NCBI GenBank assembly: GCA_013239625.1
Contig: MU053559.1
Coordinates: 496,001-560,000, forward strand
Reading direction: 5' to 3'
Source: Lama guanicoe
Lineage: Eukaryota
Length of the DNA: 64,000 bases
Positions 45,606 to 59,038 of the stretch are shown here, piece by piece. Positions within the stretch are counted from its first letter, which is position 1. Each line of letters opens with the position of its first letter. The notes under the pieces were generated by a model, which was not told the DNA's origin, made no database searches, and worked only from the letters and a program-made list of their open reading frames with translations. The position numbers and the translations under genes are program-made.

Positions 45606-48600
45606 CTGGCCAGGGATGAGACAGGTGAGGCTGAGGTTCTACAGACGAGGTGCCACACCCCGGCGTGGATCTGTTACCACCCCACCCTCAGGTCTCCACC
45701 CTTCTTCGGGAAAGGCTGCCTTCCCACCTCTGACTCCTAGTCCCTCCTGAAGGCAAGCCTGCCGCCCTGGAATATTTCCACTCCATCCCATGATAGTGTG
45801 GCCCACTGCCTATGTCTCCAGGAGTGATGGGTCCAGTGGCCGAGAAAACCCACCTTTCGCAGGGAGGGCTCGACACCACCGTGATAGATCCGCAGGCGCA
45901 ACTCCTCGGGGCGGGAGAGCTGGCCCTCGTGGTTCAGGTACGTGTGAAACTCCGCATCACTCAGGGGTGGCTTGAAGGGCTTGACGTCTTCCCCGTATGA
46001 CCAGCTCAGCACCTGTTGTACCTTAGATAAGGTGCGGCCCACCTGTGAAGGAAGGAGGGTAGGAGGCCCCCAGTCAGCTGGGCAGGCGCCAACCAGCATG
46101 CTCGGATTAGGGGTGCCAAGCAGGCCCTGCCCTCCAACCGCACTGGGTCCCGGGGCTCCCTGAAACCACCTGAGAGAGGATGGACTGTGTGAAGGGCAGG
46201 GCAGCTGTCGTCAGCGATGACCGTTTCTCAGCCAGCAGCACGTCGGAACCAATGACATCCTTGGGGCTGATTATGTCCCAGTCTTCCAGCAGGGGGCCTG
46301 GGCACACAGGATGATGTGGTATGAGAACCCCAGACCTCAGGGCTGGGTTTCTCTCCCACCAAAGCCAGGCCACCCACAGGGCAATGAGCCACTCCACTCT
46401 CTCTTGCCGTGTCATCCAAATCATGCAAAGATAAAACCCTGAATAATTCTCTTGTGGTAACTGTCTCACAAGATGGCTGGGAGACTCTATCGGTAATAGC
46501 TTAATGATACAAAGTAGTATTTATTGAGCACTTACTAGGTGTCAGGTACTGTGACAGGGCTTAACTTCAACATAAATAATAAGAACACTAGTCCACACTT
46601 CCGTAGGGCTAAGAGCCAGTAAGTGTTCCGAGCCCTTTGCAAATATTAACTCATTTAATATTATATTCACTTCCATCCTCTAAATTAGGTGCTACCATCA
46701 CCGCCACTCTTTCTATGAGGAAACAGGCACAGGCAGGATTAGGCGGTTGCCCAAGGCCTCACAGCTAGTGAGTGTGAAAGAACTGAAATTTGAAGCCCAG
46801 GCCCGAAGCTCAGGAGCCTAAACTCTTAATCTTACATTCCCGCTAGCCCTCTTCCCACAACTGGGGGAGACCACCATTATCGTTCTCATTTTACAGATGA
46901 GGACCAAAAGGCTGGAACATTTAGTAAGTGGCCAAGATTCTCCAGCCAGGAAACAGTAGGGCTGGGGTCTGGATCTCATTTACCTTACTCCAGGGCCCAG
47001 ATAAACGTCAGAAAAAAGTATCTGTGGAACAGGTAGGTCGTGTATGTTAGACGCGAGAAACAACGCTATGCTTGACTTGACCCAATTCTGGCCCCTGGAA
47101 TATCAGCAGAAGTCTGTCCCTTCTCTCTTTTCTTTCTTCCCCCCTTGCATCCTTTCTTCCCACGTCAAATGTGATGTGGCTGCAGCAGCAGTGGCCACCT
47201 GAGGGTAAGTTCGAGAGACTTAAGAGATGTCAGCCCTGGTGCCACAGAGCTGCTAAGCTGACAACAGCAAAGACCGGTGGCTTTCAAATGCTACGATGTG
47301 AAACAAATCAACTGCGATTTGTTTAAGCCATTGTCATTTGCAGGCAAATGCTGTCCCTAAGCAGCATTTCCATGAAGTCCACTGAACTTTCTCCTACAGA
47401 GCATCAACAAGTGGATGTCACTGTCTCTCCTTGGAGGTCTCAAAGGGCACTGAAAACCTAAGGGGTCCAAAAGGGGAGATCCACTCTAGACATGCCCTCC
47501 TCCTCTGCTCATGTGAGTGAACAGCATCTCTATCTGTTCAGTTGCTTCAGCCCAAAACCTGAGAGACATCCTTACCACCTCCCACTCTCCCAACACCCAG
47601 CGCCAAACTGTCGCTAAGCCCCGTGGCTCCTGCCTGCGGAACATACTTCAATTCCACCTCTCTCGTCTGAAGCCACCTCCTGATCAGTGCCTGCTTCCCC
47701 TTTGTCCCTCTCCACTCTCTCCAACAGCTAGCTGCAGAGTGGTCTTTTCTAAAACATGAAAGCCCTTAAAAGGAAGAAGATCGCACCACTCAGAGGGTAA
47801 AATGAAGGTCACACCGATGGTTTGAAAGACCAAAGAGAAGAACCCCTTTCAAGGCACAGAGGTAAAGCCTGGTGGTTTGAGTGAAAAAGTAGAGTGACCA
47901 GGAGGACAAGTCCAGGAGACCTAAGATGCAGACGCCAGCAAATGCAGGGGAAGATACGGGATCAGGTGGAGACACGATGATCCAGGTATGAAGGAAAATG
48001 TCCTTGAGATGAAGAAATGGCTCACCAGGTCTTAGACAGAATGAATCCACAAATGGCCCATACCACAGGCCTCCCCCAACTCTACTCACCTGCTGGCGAA
48101 ATGCCCAAATTCTAAGAATGAAGACCAACTCTTGCCAGCTTCCAAAGACAAAGAACAGGCTGCTTACAATGGAAAGAAGGTCAGACTGGCGACGAACTTC
48201 TGTTCCACAACTCTGGAAGCAAGACAGTGGCTTGCAGCACCCACGGAGCACTGACAAGAAAGGCCCGAGATCCAAGGGCCCCACCCCAGCTAAGCCAGCA
48301 CATGTGTACCACAGCCGAGGAAAGAATTTTCTGGTCACTGGAGTACATCTAACCCGTGCACCTTACTGGAGGAGAACAAAGAAGTTCTCTCAGAAATGAC
48401 TACGGAATGACTGCAAGGGCTTAAGGTGGGGGAAGGCAGAAGGGAAGGTGAATGGTGACAGGCCACAAGTGTTTAATATACCCAGTTAAACATAAAATGA
48501 CAAAGACACAGTGACTGGGAGTTTGTGAAATTAAGTGTTACATTACGATTCCTAAAACACATAAGTGACCTACTCTAAAGAAAAGATAGTGATAGCCTGG

Positions 48601-51600
48601 AATTTAAAAAGAAAAAAAAATTACCGTCTAAGCAAAGCCATCTTGGAAGTTAAGGGTTAGGGAGGGACCAGAGGAAGAATGAGAATTAGAAGTGTTCCAG
48701 AGCTTCCATTTCAAGGGCCAGGGAGGGTGGGGGAGTCTGGAGGGGGAAAGTGGTCAAAAGATTTCACTGGCAATTCTGTTAAAACGCATAAATCCAGCTG
48801 AGGAGTTTTTCTGAGAGACGTACCTCAAACTAGGTGACAAAGAAAGGTTAAAAATGGAAGAAATGGGGGAGGGTGTAGCTCAAGCAGTACAGAGGGTGCC
48901 TAGCATGCACGAGGTCATGGGTTCAATCCCCAGCACCTCCTCTAAAAATAAATAAACCTAACTACCTCCCCCAGCCAAAAAAAAATTAAAAAGAAAAAGT
49001 AGAAGAAACCTAAAGGTGTACCCGGCAAACACGGATAAACAAAGAGCCAAGAGCAGCCATGTGAACGTCAGGAAAAGCACAGGGCCAAATACATGACAGG
49101 AAAAGAGAGACGTTCTATATTGATTTAAAAAAGAAAGAAAGAAGCTCTTAATAAAATGGGTGAAGGATTTCTACAAGCACAAACTCATCTAGTAGCAAAA
49201 CCAGCTCTGAACTGACAAGAGACTATATATAGTCCTTATGTAACAACCCACTAAGTGTGAATCTGCGTGCATTTCCCTGAAGAAAGAGCCAAGTGTTTCA
49301 TTATGGGGTGTGGTCCCAGGCCCTGCCTGCAGTATTACCCAATATATGCTATACATACGGGGTGTGGCCCCAGGCCCTGCCTGCAGTATTACACAATATA
49401 TGCTATACATACTACGTCTCCTTATCATAAAATTGTCAAGCCTCCCAAACTTTAGATATAGAGTCTGTGCAATGCCAAACAGAAATGTAATGAGGTTTTC
49501 CCTGGAACTGGATAAAATTATTTTAAGGCTCATATGAAAGAATTCATATTTAAGAATAGTTAAGAAAAAGAAGAGCCAAAAAAAAAAGTGGGAGGAAGGC
49601 AGTGCTTTCTGATTAAAATTTATCACAAAACCACTGAGATAAAAATATAGTGTTAGCATAGCATGAGACAAATAGAGCCAGTTGGTGGAATGCAATAGAA
49701 AGCCCAGAAATAAATCCAAGTACATATGGAAACTCAGTATATGACAAAAGTGGCATTTCAAATCAGTGTAGAAAAAGCTGGTTATTAAATAAATGATGCT
49801 GGCGTAACTATTTATCTGGAATTATTTTTAAAAGCTAAGTCTACTAATCACACTGTTGGCAGAGTAGAGAGTTATATATAAAAAAAGAAAATAATAAGCA
49901 TATTGGAAGAAAATATAGGAGAATATTTGTGTAAGCTTATGGATGGGGAAGATGTTCCAAAGTAAGAGGAGAAATTCAGAAACCATAAAGGAAAAGGTAG
50001 ACACATGTATGAGACTGCATACAAATTTTAGTTTCTGATAGGACCAAAAAAAGATACCATAAGCAAAGCCATAAAACCAAAAGATACACTTGGAAAAAAT
50101 ATTTGCAATACATATGACAGAAAGAGGATTCCTATCACAAATGCACAAACTGGTTGAAGGTCTAGGTTTGGTAATCTTCCAACTATAGAGGTGACAGAGA
50201 CTGACTTCTCAGAAAGCGGGACTGCGCCATCCAAGTGGTCACTGCACGCCTGCTGCTTTCACAGTCATGAACACGACTGCAAGAATTCCATTAATAATAT
50301 TTTTAACAGCTCCATCGATGGGATACTTACTCATTTATTTAGAGTATGATACCATTTACGTTAAACAAATACTGTTTGTGGATATATATAAATAGGAACA
50401 TACTTACGTATCTCTATATGTGGATTAATTTGTGTGTGCGTGTGTGAATAAAGGACCTGCAAGGTTACACATCCAACTGATCAAAGTGGTTCCTGCCGGG
50501 TGAAAGGGTGGCGGGGGGTCAAGATTAGGCAGAGTGGTTCCAGGAGACCACAGCATTATTTGAAATATTTTCATTTCTAGTAATGTATTTACTGGATAAT
50601 TAAAAAATTCATTTCAGGGGGAGGGTATAGCTCAAGTGGTATAGTGCATGCTTAGCATGCATGAGGTCCTGGGTTCAATCCCCAGTACCTCTATCAAAAA
50701 ACTAAATAAATGAATAAAGCTAATTACCTTCCCCTGCAAAAAAAAAAATTCGTTTCTTTTAAAAACGCAACTTCAATCAAATTCCCAGCAGGATTTCAAT
50801 GGAATGATAAGCTAACTCTATTAAATGAAAAGAACAGCAAGTGCACAAGAATAATCAAGAACATTTTTAAAAGGAAAACATTGAAACACATTTATTTTAA
50901 AGCTATATGATGAAAACAACATGGAACTGGCTTAGGATTTAACAAAGAGATCAGTTTAAGAGGACCAGGAATTCTGAAACAAACTCCTGTATTCCTGTCT
51001 TTGCAGGAATTTGGTAAATAAGAACTGACTCATCTGTAACTGGAAAGTTGATTCTCTTTAAAAAGGTACCTTTTAAATATCCTTTTGCCAAATGGTTGGA
51101 TGTCTGTCTCCCTGTGTCATCTGCATTCCTCTCAGTTCTTATGCAGTTGGGGTTTTCTTTTTTAAAATTTTTTGGGGTAATTAGGTTTATTTATTTATTT
51201 TATTTTTTAATGGAGGTACTGGGGATTGAACCCAGGACCTTGTGAATGCTAAGCATGCGCTCTACCACTGAGCTATAGCCTTGCCTCTGGGGGTTTTCTT
51301 CAAATATTTATTAGCCGAGGGGATTTTATTTCCTTACTGAAATAGTGCTATGTGTTTATTTCACAGGGGAGGAAACCCTGGGCTTGGGGAATTAGTCAAG
51401 TGACTGACACATGGTAGTGCACAGGGCTACTCAGTGTAGAGGATCCTGTGTCTCTGGTTACCTGTCTTTTTTCCATTTGTCTCTCTGCCTGTCTCTGTCA
51501 CTAACTTTCTCTCTGATTCTTCTTTCTCTCTCTCTCTGCCTGTCTTTTTCTTAACAAGCTCCAAATTTTGCAGAGTCAGACAGTTAAGAGCAAGGACTCT

Positions 51601-54600
51601 GAAGCCACCACCTTGGGTTCAAATCCTGCTCCTCCACTTACTGTCTGTGTGACACAGATAAGTACTGTCCCCTCCCTGAGCCTCAGTTTCTTCATCTGTA
51701 ACACGGAGATAACAGTTGCACTTTCCCTGTAGGATTGTTTTGACAATCCAATGAATAAATATGTATTTCAGAATGGCCCCAAGTGTTCAACACGTATTAG
51801 CTACTTATGTGTTATTATGATGTCAATAAAATGTCTCAGTCACCCTAAATAGGCACTGTGAGTTTCCTGAGGCTGCGAACCATGTCTTCCACTCCATAAC
51901 TTTTTATTTTAAAAAACTTCAAATCTACAGTTAAAGTTAAAAAGAAAAATACATTGAACAGCCGTACACCCTTCATCCAGCTCCCTTAACTGTTCAGTTT
52001 TGCCACATTTGCTTCATTTCACTCTCTCTGTATATATACATTTATTTTTTGCTGAATTATTTGCAGATCTCATAACACTTTACCCCTGAATTCTTAACTG
52101 TGTTTTTCCCAGGAACAAGGATGTTTTCCTTCGAAAATCATGATACCATTATGATACCCAGGAAGTTTAACACTGATACAATATTATTATCTAATGTCTG
52201 CTCCATAATCAAATGTGGGGGACCATGTCTTAATTTATCTGTGGGCCCCTGGGACCAGCACAGGCAAGACTGAGGTAACAAATATGAGAAGATCAGAAGT
52301 GGCTGAGAGATCAAAGGAACAAACAAATGAGTGAGCAAGAGCGCAAACAAATGAATATGAGTGTGAGATGACTGAATGAATAAATACAATTACCATTAGT
52401 ATAATCAGCATTGTTATAGTTATGTATTATTATAACTCAAACATAATACTCCAGCTCTATTGTTACACTGCATTCTATGACCATAACATACATTGCTAGA
52501 TTATATGCTATAATCAATGATAATTATTGTTCTTAGAGCTAAAACTTTTTGAGCATTCACTATGCAGCTATGCACAGTTCCAGGCATTTTACATGAATTT
52601 CCCTGTTTAATCCTCATGATGGCCCTAAGATACCATTACTTCTACTTTACAGGTAAGGAAATTGAGGCCCAGTGGCCAAACCAGAATTTGGACCTAGGAG
52701 ACCTGGCTCTCTAGCCTCCTGTGAGGGAGTGTATTGCAAGGGGTGGAGTCATCCTATGAGGAAAGAAAGGCAATCCCAGAGCAGTACCCCAGGGCACCAG
52801 GTACTCACTATCCTCAGTGGGCCGAATATCTACACGCAGCTGCAGGTAAGGTTTGGAGGCGGTGGCGAACGCTGTGCTGAGGTCCCAGTCAGACAGGAGT
52901 GAGAGGTAAGCTTCCTGCCCTAGCCGATCCCGGCCCAGGTAGCTGATACCAAAGTTCTTCTTCCTGGACAGAGGAGACGTGGCAGCTTTCAGCACCCCAG
53001 TGCCCTGGAGGCCTCAGGGATGGCTTCCAAAAGAAGCAGGGAAAGATGGATGGTTTTGAATACAACTTCCTCCTATGTGCTGGGTACTGCGCCAAGGATT
53101 TCAGGCAGTCTGAGGTCAGATCATTTACATCCACTTTGTTTTACAAACACAGAAACAGATACACACCTGCTTGTATCTGGAGAGCATATAGGAAACGGGT
53201 AATGTGGTCCTCTCTAGGGAGGGTAACAGAGTAGTTGAGGGATAGAGGTGGGAAGAAAGCAGCCTTCTTACTGCATAAAAAATAAAGCAATCTGTATGTC
53301 TGTTATTTTTCACAACAAATAATGTTTATGCAAAAAAGTCAAATAACAACTAAGAATTTGTTCTTCAGATACACCTGTGCAACTATGCAAAGAAGTACGC
53401 TAATAGTTATAACTATGTAACCATGGAAACATATACCCATCACTTTTGTACTCTGAGTTTGTCACCATGTGCATATAGCCCTCCAAAACGACAACCACAA
53501 CAAAATAAGCATCATACCTGCCCCCAAGAGACACCACTTTTCATCTGTCAGGTTGGCAAAATTTCCAGTGTTTTCTAACTAGTGTTAGTGACCAGGCTGT
53601 GAGGGAAACAAGAATTTTATATGCTGCTGGCGAGACAGTAAATTGGTAATACCTATCTGGAGAACATTTTGGAAGCATCCATTGAAATTTTAAAAAGCAT
53701 ACAACCTTTAACTCAGCAATATCACTGCTAGGAATTTCTCCTCTGACAAGATTTCCCCAAATATTCCAAGATATGCATGTGGCTGTTTGTTTATTGTGGG
53801 ATTATTTATAATAATCAAACAAACAAACAAACACTCTTACCAAATAACAACAATAAAAAAAAACCAAGCAACTACTGTCGAGGCTGGGTGGTACAGACGT
53901 TTTCCCCAGCATCCCATTACTCACCCGTTCAAGTCAAAGGCTCGGATAAGGATGTGCTGTAACACATCAAGCGAGGTGATCTGAGGGTCAACAGCAAAAG
54001 AACGAAACTCAGGTGGCAAGAAGCTCTCACATTTCTGGGAAGAGAAGACACAGGGTCAGCCATCAGGGGTCGCATCACCATGCTGGAAACGCAGTGACAG
54101 GCAGGCGGCAAGGTCAGAGAAGTGGCAGCGGCCAGATGAAGGCGGGAGTTCTGGACTATGGTGAGGACTTTGGTTTTTGTTCTGAGTGAGGTGGTAGGCT
54201 TGGGAGGGTTCTGAATAGAGGAGGGATGTGGTCTGACTTAGGATTTAACAGGATCCTTCTGGCTGCTCTGTGAAGAACAGACTATGGGGGACAAAGGAGA
54301 AAGCAGTGGTCCAGTGAGGAGGAGGCTACTGCAATTGTCCAGGCACCCAATCCTTCTTCTATATCCCTTCAACGATGGCTGCCAGGATCACCATGTCCAG
54401 TCTGGCCCTTATTAAACCAGTCATCCACAATGCAAGCAATCCAGCACCTCTGTCTACAATACTCCCCTGCTTAAATCTCTTCAAAGGGAACCCCAGGGTC
54501 CCCACCAAGTGGGCCTACGGGACCCCAGCCAGCCTCTCTCCAGTCAGCTTTTTTGAACTTTCCACTCTGGTACTACCAAACTGAGGGAAGTTACTCTAAA

Positions 54601-55748
54601 CACATTCTGGCTCCGGGCCTTTGCTTATGCTGCTCCCGCTGTCTGGAACATCCTTTCCACTTTCCTCAACTGGCTCACTCACGGCTCAGGCATCATCTCT
54701 TTTCTGAACTCCCAAACCTCTATCTTAGAGCTCTCTCTATTACACTGAACTTATCTGTTTACATCTCCCCAGAAGTGACCCTCTTCTCATCACCACCAGA
54801 GCCACCACCCTAGTCCGAACCACCTTCACTTCTTGCTGGAACTACTACAACAGCTTTCTTACTCAAGAGGATGCACCAAAGGCCCGTCACAATCTGCCCC
54901 TCTCTTACCTCTCTGATTCACCTCCTACCACTCTTCCCTGCACTTTCTGGGCGCTAACAATATGGGAGCCTAAGAGAGTATGCCAAGCTTGTCCCCACCT
55001 CTCAGCCTTTGCCCTTGCTGTTCCTTCTACCTAGAACACTCTTCCCCCGCTCATATGCACATGGCTGACTCCTTTTTATTTGGGTCTCTGCTCCTTCAAT
55101 AGCTCTCTGGGGATTTCCCTGTACAACCTTGGCTAAAGCTAACTCCCTAGCTCAGAACCTTTTTGGTTATTTCCCCATGCCATCCACCAGTGTCTGAAGC
55201 TCATTTATATAGACGAGTATGTCTGCTCAATCAGGGTGGGGACGTGCACCAAAGTGCAGTCTCAACACATATGTTAACTGATTTCGGCGCCACCTTTTCA
55301 GACAGCAACAACCTCCCTCATTCATCAGGGCCCCACTCAACTATTAAGGCCCCTCCTCCAACCCTACAGCCCCTCCTCTCTACCTACAATCTCCATTCCA
55401 TAGGCCCCCTATCCCTCCATGTGCAGTCCCCACGCCCCATGCCCTGCCCCTGCATTTCAAGTCCAGCCTTCCCCCAACCCCCACCCATGCCACCATCACT
55501 CTGCCCTCAAGCCTCGCCCCTCACGTAACACCCTAAATCTCAGGTCCCGCCCTCCATCCTAGGACCGCCACCGCCTTCCCCTCCCCCGGGAGCCCCCGGC
55601 TGGCTGGCGGACGGGTCGCCAGCCTCACCTTGACTCGGACCCGCACCACCTCTCGCTCTTCCTCCTCAGCCGCCGCCGCCTGGGCTCCCCCGCCAGGCGG
55701 GGGCGCTCCGGAGCTGGCCAACTCCAAGGACCCAGAGGCCGTCGCCAT
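44244..55748 (-). CDS. TBC1D25: TBC1 domain family member 25 (OATL1), Rab-GAP (687 aa), 6 coding exons
   Basis: join(55629-55748,53925-54034,52809-52963,46170-46297,45854-46042,44244-45605) = 2064 nt in frame; LIR motif EDWDII, TBC R-finger KDVLRTDR and Q-finger YCQGMSD. Confidence 0.97.
45854..46042 (-). CDS. TBC1D25: TBC1D25 exon 5
   Basis: VGRTLSKVQQ...IYHGGVEPSLRK. Confidence 0.95.
46170..46297 (-). CDS. TBC1D25: TBC1D25 exon 4 (LIR motif)
   Basis: SPLLEDWDIISPKDVIG...QSILSQ. Confidence 0.95.
47790..50960 (+). mobile_element. Old degenerate L1M region in TBC1D25 intron 3 with SINEs at ~48865-48995 and ~50617-50748
   Basis: A skew; L1 ORF2-like GAAAGCCCAGAAATAAATCCA and ATGACAAAAGTGGCATTTCAAATCAGTG; SINE A/B boxes. 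Confidence 0.65.
49305..49412. repeat. 54-bp tandem duplication (2 mismatches)
   Basis: GGGGTGTGG(T/C)CCCAGGCCCTGCCTGCAGTATTAC(C/A)CAATATATGCTATACATAC x2. Confidence 0.9.
51155..51283 (-). mobile_element. camelid tRNA-Ala SINE
   Basis: A/B boxes; flanked by TGGGG(G)TTTTCTT. Confidence 0.85.
51575..51805 (+). mobile_element. MIR
   Basis: GGGTTCAAATCCTG...CTGAGCCTCAGTTTCTTCATCTGTAA core. Confidence 0.75.
52809..52963 (-). CDS. TBC1D25: TBC1D25 exon 3
   Basis: KKNFGISYLGRDRLGQEAYLSLLSDWDL...DIRPTED. Confidence 0.94.
53925..54034 (-). CDS. TBC1D25: TBC1D25 exon 2
   Basis: KCESFLPPEFRSFAVDPQITSLDVLQHILIRAFDLNG; CAG acceptor, GTGAGT donor. Confidence 0.94.
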
Positions 55749-56200
55749 CCCGCCGCCGCCACCCGCTTCAGAATGACAGCTGATCGTTGCCCCCTACCCT
55801 TGCGCGCACCCCAGAGTGCAGGCGCCCGCGGCCCCACCTTGCGCCCGGGCGCAGGCGCAGAGGGCGCCGCGCGACCCTGCCCCCCCCTCACCTGGCACAG
55901 GCTGGCCATTGCCTCTGGGCATTTGCACAGCGCGCTGTTGCCAGGACCCCGCCCCCCCAAAGCCGGGCATTTTGCCTCACTTCGGCCAGTGTGCAGGCGC
56001 CTACTGAGGCCCCGCCTCCTCTCGGCCGCGTTTGGTTGTTTGGTCCTTTTGCTTCCGGATTCACCTAGGTGTGTGTTAAAGTGACAACCTATTCTGGCGG
56101 GAGAAGTGGGCGGGGAAAGGAAGCTGCTGCGCGATGACGTCAAGGCCTCACGCCCCGCCCCAAGTCGCCTTGCTTCTTTGCTTACAGACGATGTCATCTG
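55560..56200 (-). promoter_or_regulatory. TBC1D25: TBC1D25 CpG-island promoter
   Basis: CpG-dense; CRE TGACGTCA 56135-56142 between GC boxes at 56108 and 56153; ETS CTTCCGG near 56052. Confidence 0.8.
55629..55748 (-). CDS. TBC1D25: TBC1D25 exon 1 coding part
   Basis: MATASGSLEL...EEEEREVVRVRVK; donor AAG|GTGAGG. Confidence 0.94.
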
Positions 56201-56953
56201 TTTCAAATGCCTGTGGCCCTCACTTCAAATGAATCTGCTGAAGGGAGGAATAATCCTTTCTCCAGAATCTTTAAAGAATAGTTTACACTTTGTGGCAATT
56301 CATCGAGCTGTACGTTTATGATTTTTGCAGTTTCTGCCCTTACGTTATACTTCAATAAATAATTTACCCCTAAAAGCCGTTATTATACTCTCTGGAGGTC
56401 CTAGCTTTTTAAAATTTGCCTTTCTTTTATTTAATTCTTACAACACATTGAGGTCGGTCCTATTATTAAACGGTGTGTGTCCACCAAATATCAGCTGAAT
56501 ACTGGACATACATTAGATTCCTTTGAGAAACTTTATGCATCGCAAAATGCAAAAAGGCATTCTCTTCACTTCATTGCACAACATCGTATGGTTTGGACAG
56601 AATACAGGCTGCCTGTACAAATGTAATTTCTAACAAAGGAGTCTTGTAAGGTGCCTGGACTTCTGCTGTTGTTGCAGTGTTCTATGATGCTACCCCGAAT
56701 GTTAACTTTTTAGAGAAGTAGAGAAGTCTGCAATTCTATTTTGATATCTTTTAAAATACTTTTTTGCCTTGGTATTAAGAGTAAATAGATTTCTATTTCC
56801 TGGAAGCTATAAGTCCTGTGGATTTTTTTTTTTGAAAGCCAGAAAAGGGTTCGTGGCGCATTTCTCTTGTTCCCTGTGCTGGAGCCAAAAACACTTCTTA
56901 CGGCACTGCTGGATTTTCTGATGGAAACAAGGAGTTTGAAAGTCTGCTTCCCA

Positions 56954-57050
56954 GGGGGTGGGGGATATAGCTCGGTGGTAGAGCATGTTAACCCGCAGGA
57001 GGTCCTGGGTTCAATCCCCAGTATTTCCATTAACAAAAATTAAAGAAAAA
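56954..57050 (+). mobile_element. camelid tRNA-Ala SINE with TSD GAAAGTCTGC
   Basis: TSD 56938-56947 and 57051-57060. Confidence 0.85.
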
Positions 57051-57759
57051 GAAAGTCTGCCTCTCGTTAAAATGATCATAGGGTGGAAGGAGCAAAACAT
57101 TAGCCTAGAACTTGAAGTTTATCCTGAGCACAGGTTTTAGATGCGGATATGATATAGTCAGATGTCTCTGTCTTGGTTACAGAGCCCTGGAAGGAAAGAT
57201 ACTGGAAGAAAGGAGATCAAAAAGGAGGTCCCTGCCATAGTGTCAGGGAGAGGGGAGAACTTTCTCTTTCATTTGTTTATTCTTCCATTCAGCATATACA
57301 AAGTGCCAGATAGTTTACATATATTAATTCATTTAATCTGTATAAATCCCTATGAGGTAGGTATTACTATTATCAGCATTTTACAGATGAAAGCAGAGAA
57401 TGAAGGTCAGGGGAAAATGTGCTCAATGTCAAAGGGATAGTAAGTGGCACAGAGAGTAGACAGCACCATGGACAGAAGGTGGGGCTGGGCCTGGAGTGTT
57501 TGAGGAAGAGCAAGGAGGCCAGCAAGCCTTAAGTAAATGAGGTAAGTGACAGATATGAGGTGAGGAAGTAATGCACGGCTTTGGCTTTAACAGTGAGGCA
57601 TTTCTCCAAAGCCACACTGTAGGCTGGAGCAGAACTATGACTTAAACTGAAGTCTTGCTCTGCACAGGTCTCCTGGAGCCAGGTATCTGCAGCTTTATTA
57701 TTCATTGTCACCTACTCCAAATTCCTCAAGTACCCATTTGTTTTATGACTGAAGGTCTA

Positions 57760-58759
57760 TGAGGTTAATGACAGACTGTGGGATGAGGGGGTATCTGTGG
57801 GGTGAATGATGGGAGTCTATGGGTGGATGATAGGTGGTTTGTGGAGTAAGTGAGGGGATGTGAGGGAAGTGATGGATTCTGCAAGGTGAGTTATGAGGCG
57901 TTTCTGGGCTGAGTGATGGGGGAATCTGTATAGTCAGTGATGAGAGGCCTATGGGGTAAATGATAGCAGGTTTGTGGGGAGAGAGGGTCTATGGGGTGAG
58001 TCATGGAGTTGTACATGATAGGAGATCTGTTGGGGGGAGAGATGGGGTCTGTGGTGTGTGTGATGGAGGTCTGTGAGGTGAATGATGGGCAGTCTATGGA
58101 GTAAATAAAAGGCTGTGGGAAGAGGGATGGGTATCTTAGGAGTTAATGACAGAGTGTGTGGGGTGAGTTTTGTGGCATCTCTGGAGTGAGTGATCGAGAT
58201 CTTTAGGGTACTGATGGGAGTCCTTGAAGTGAGTAATGGGGGGGGTCTATGGAGATAGTAATGGAGTATCTATGGGGTGCCTGATCAGCACACAAGAAGT
58301 TGAGTAAACTGAAGAACCTGAAGATTGGGAAATTTTGCAGCCTGTACGTATTACAAAAAATGAGAAAGTGTGTTGTGGAGAGAATATCAAAGGTGTGGAC
58401 GGACGATCAAGCCTTAAAAGAGATTAAAAGCGGGGAGGGTATAGCTCAGTGGTAGAGTGCATGCCTAGCATGCACGAGGTCCTGGGCTCAATCTCTGGTA
58501 CCTCCACCAAAAGTAATATATAAATAGATGAAACTAATTACCTCCCCCGGCCAAATTTTTTTTAAAAACTCGTGCTTAGCATGCATGAGGTCCTGGGTTC
58601 AATCCCCAGTACTGCTATTAAAAAATAAATAAACAAAATAAATAAACCTAATTACCCGCCCCCTCCGCCAAATATGCTCAATGCATTGCTTTCAACCTTC
58701 AGGTACATTTAAAGCAATGGGTCCAATGTCAATCTGAACAAACTAAAATAAATGCTATA

Positions 58760-58794
<35 letters not shown>

Positions 58795-58995
58795 CCTAAT
58801 CCCCCCCCCACAAAAAGAGATTAAAGGTGTGTCTCATGGATCTAATCAGCCATTAGGGGCATCTGTGCGATCAGTGATGGGGGTTTGTGAGGTTTATGTG
58901 ATAACGATGGTGAGGGTCTATGGCTGAGAGAATGGTGGTCTGTGGAATTAGTGATGGAGGGGTCTATGGGGCCAGTCTTGGGGCATCTCTGGGGT
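57760..58995. repeat. Degenerate G-rich ~20-25 bp tandem repeat, interrupted at ~58290-58850
   Basis: Recurring GGTCT(A/G)TGGGGTGA(G/A)TGATGG units. Confidence 0.7.
58431..58812 (+). mobile_element. Composite/dimeric camelid SINE inside TSD AAAAGAGATTAAA
   Basis: TSD 58416-58428 and 58813-58825. Confidence 0.75.
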
Positions 58996-59032
58996 TAGTA
59001 ATTCAAGATCTCTCAGTATAGGGCCAAGATCT

Positions 59033-59038
59033 TTTATT
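59033..59038 (-). terminator. EBP: EBP polyadenylation signal AATAAA
   Basis: TTTATT on + about 250 nt past the stop. Confidence 0.75.

Noticed and set aside
44346..45740. Long + strand ORFs (229 aa, 195 aa)
   Set aside because: Antisense to the GC-rich TBC1D25 last exon; explained by codon bias.
56460..56950. Possible processed pseudogene fragment upstream of TBC1D25
   Set aside because: Frames I tried are interrupted and resemble no protein I recognise; no poly(A) or TSD seen.
58431..58507. Possible tRNA-Ala genes (also at 9882, 48865, 50617, 51210 and elsewhere)
   Set aside because: Followed by SINE tails and often flanked by TSDs, with stem mismatches; these are SINE heads.
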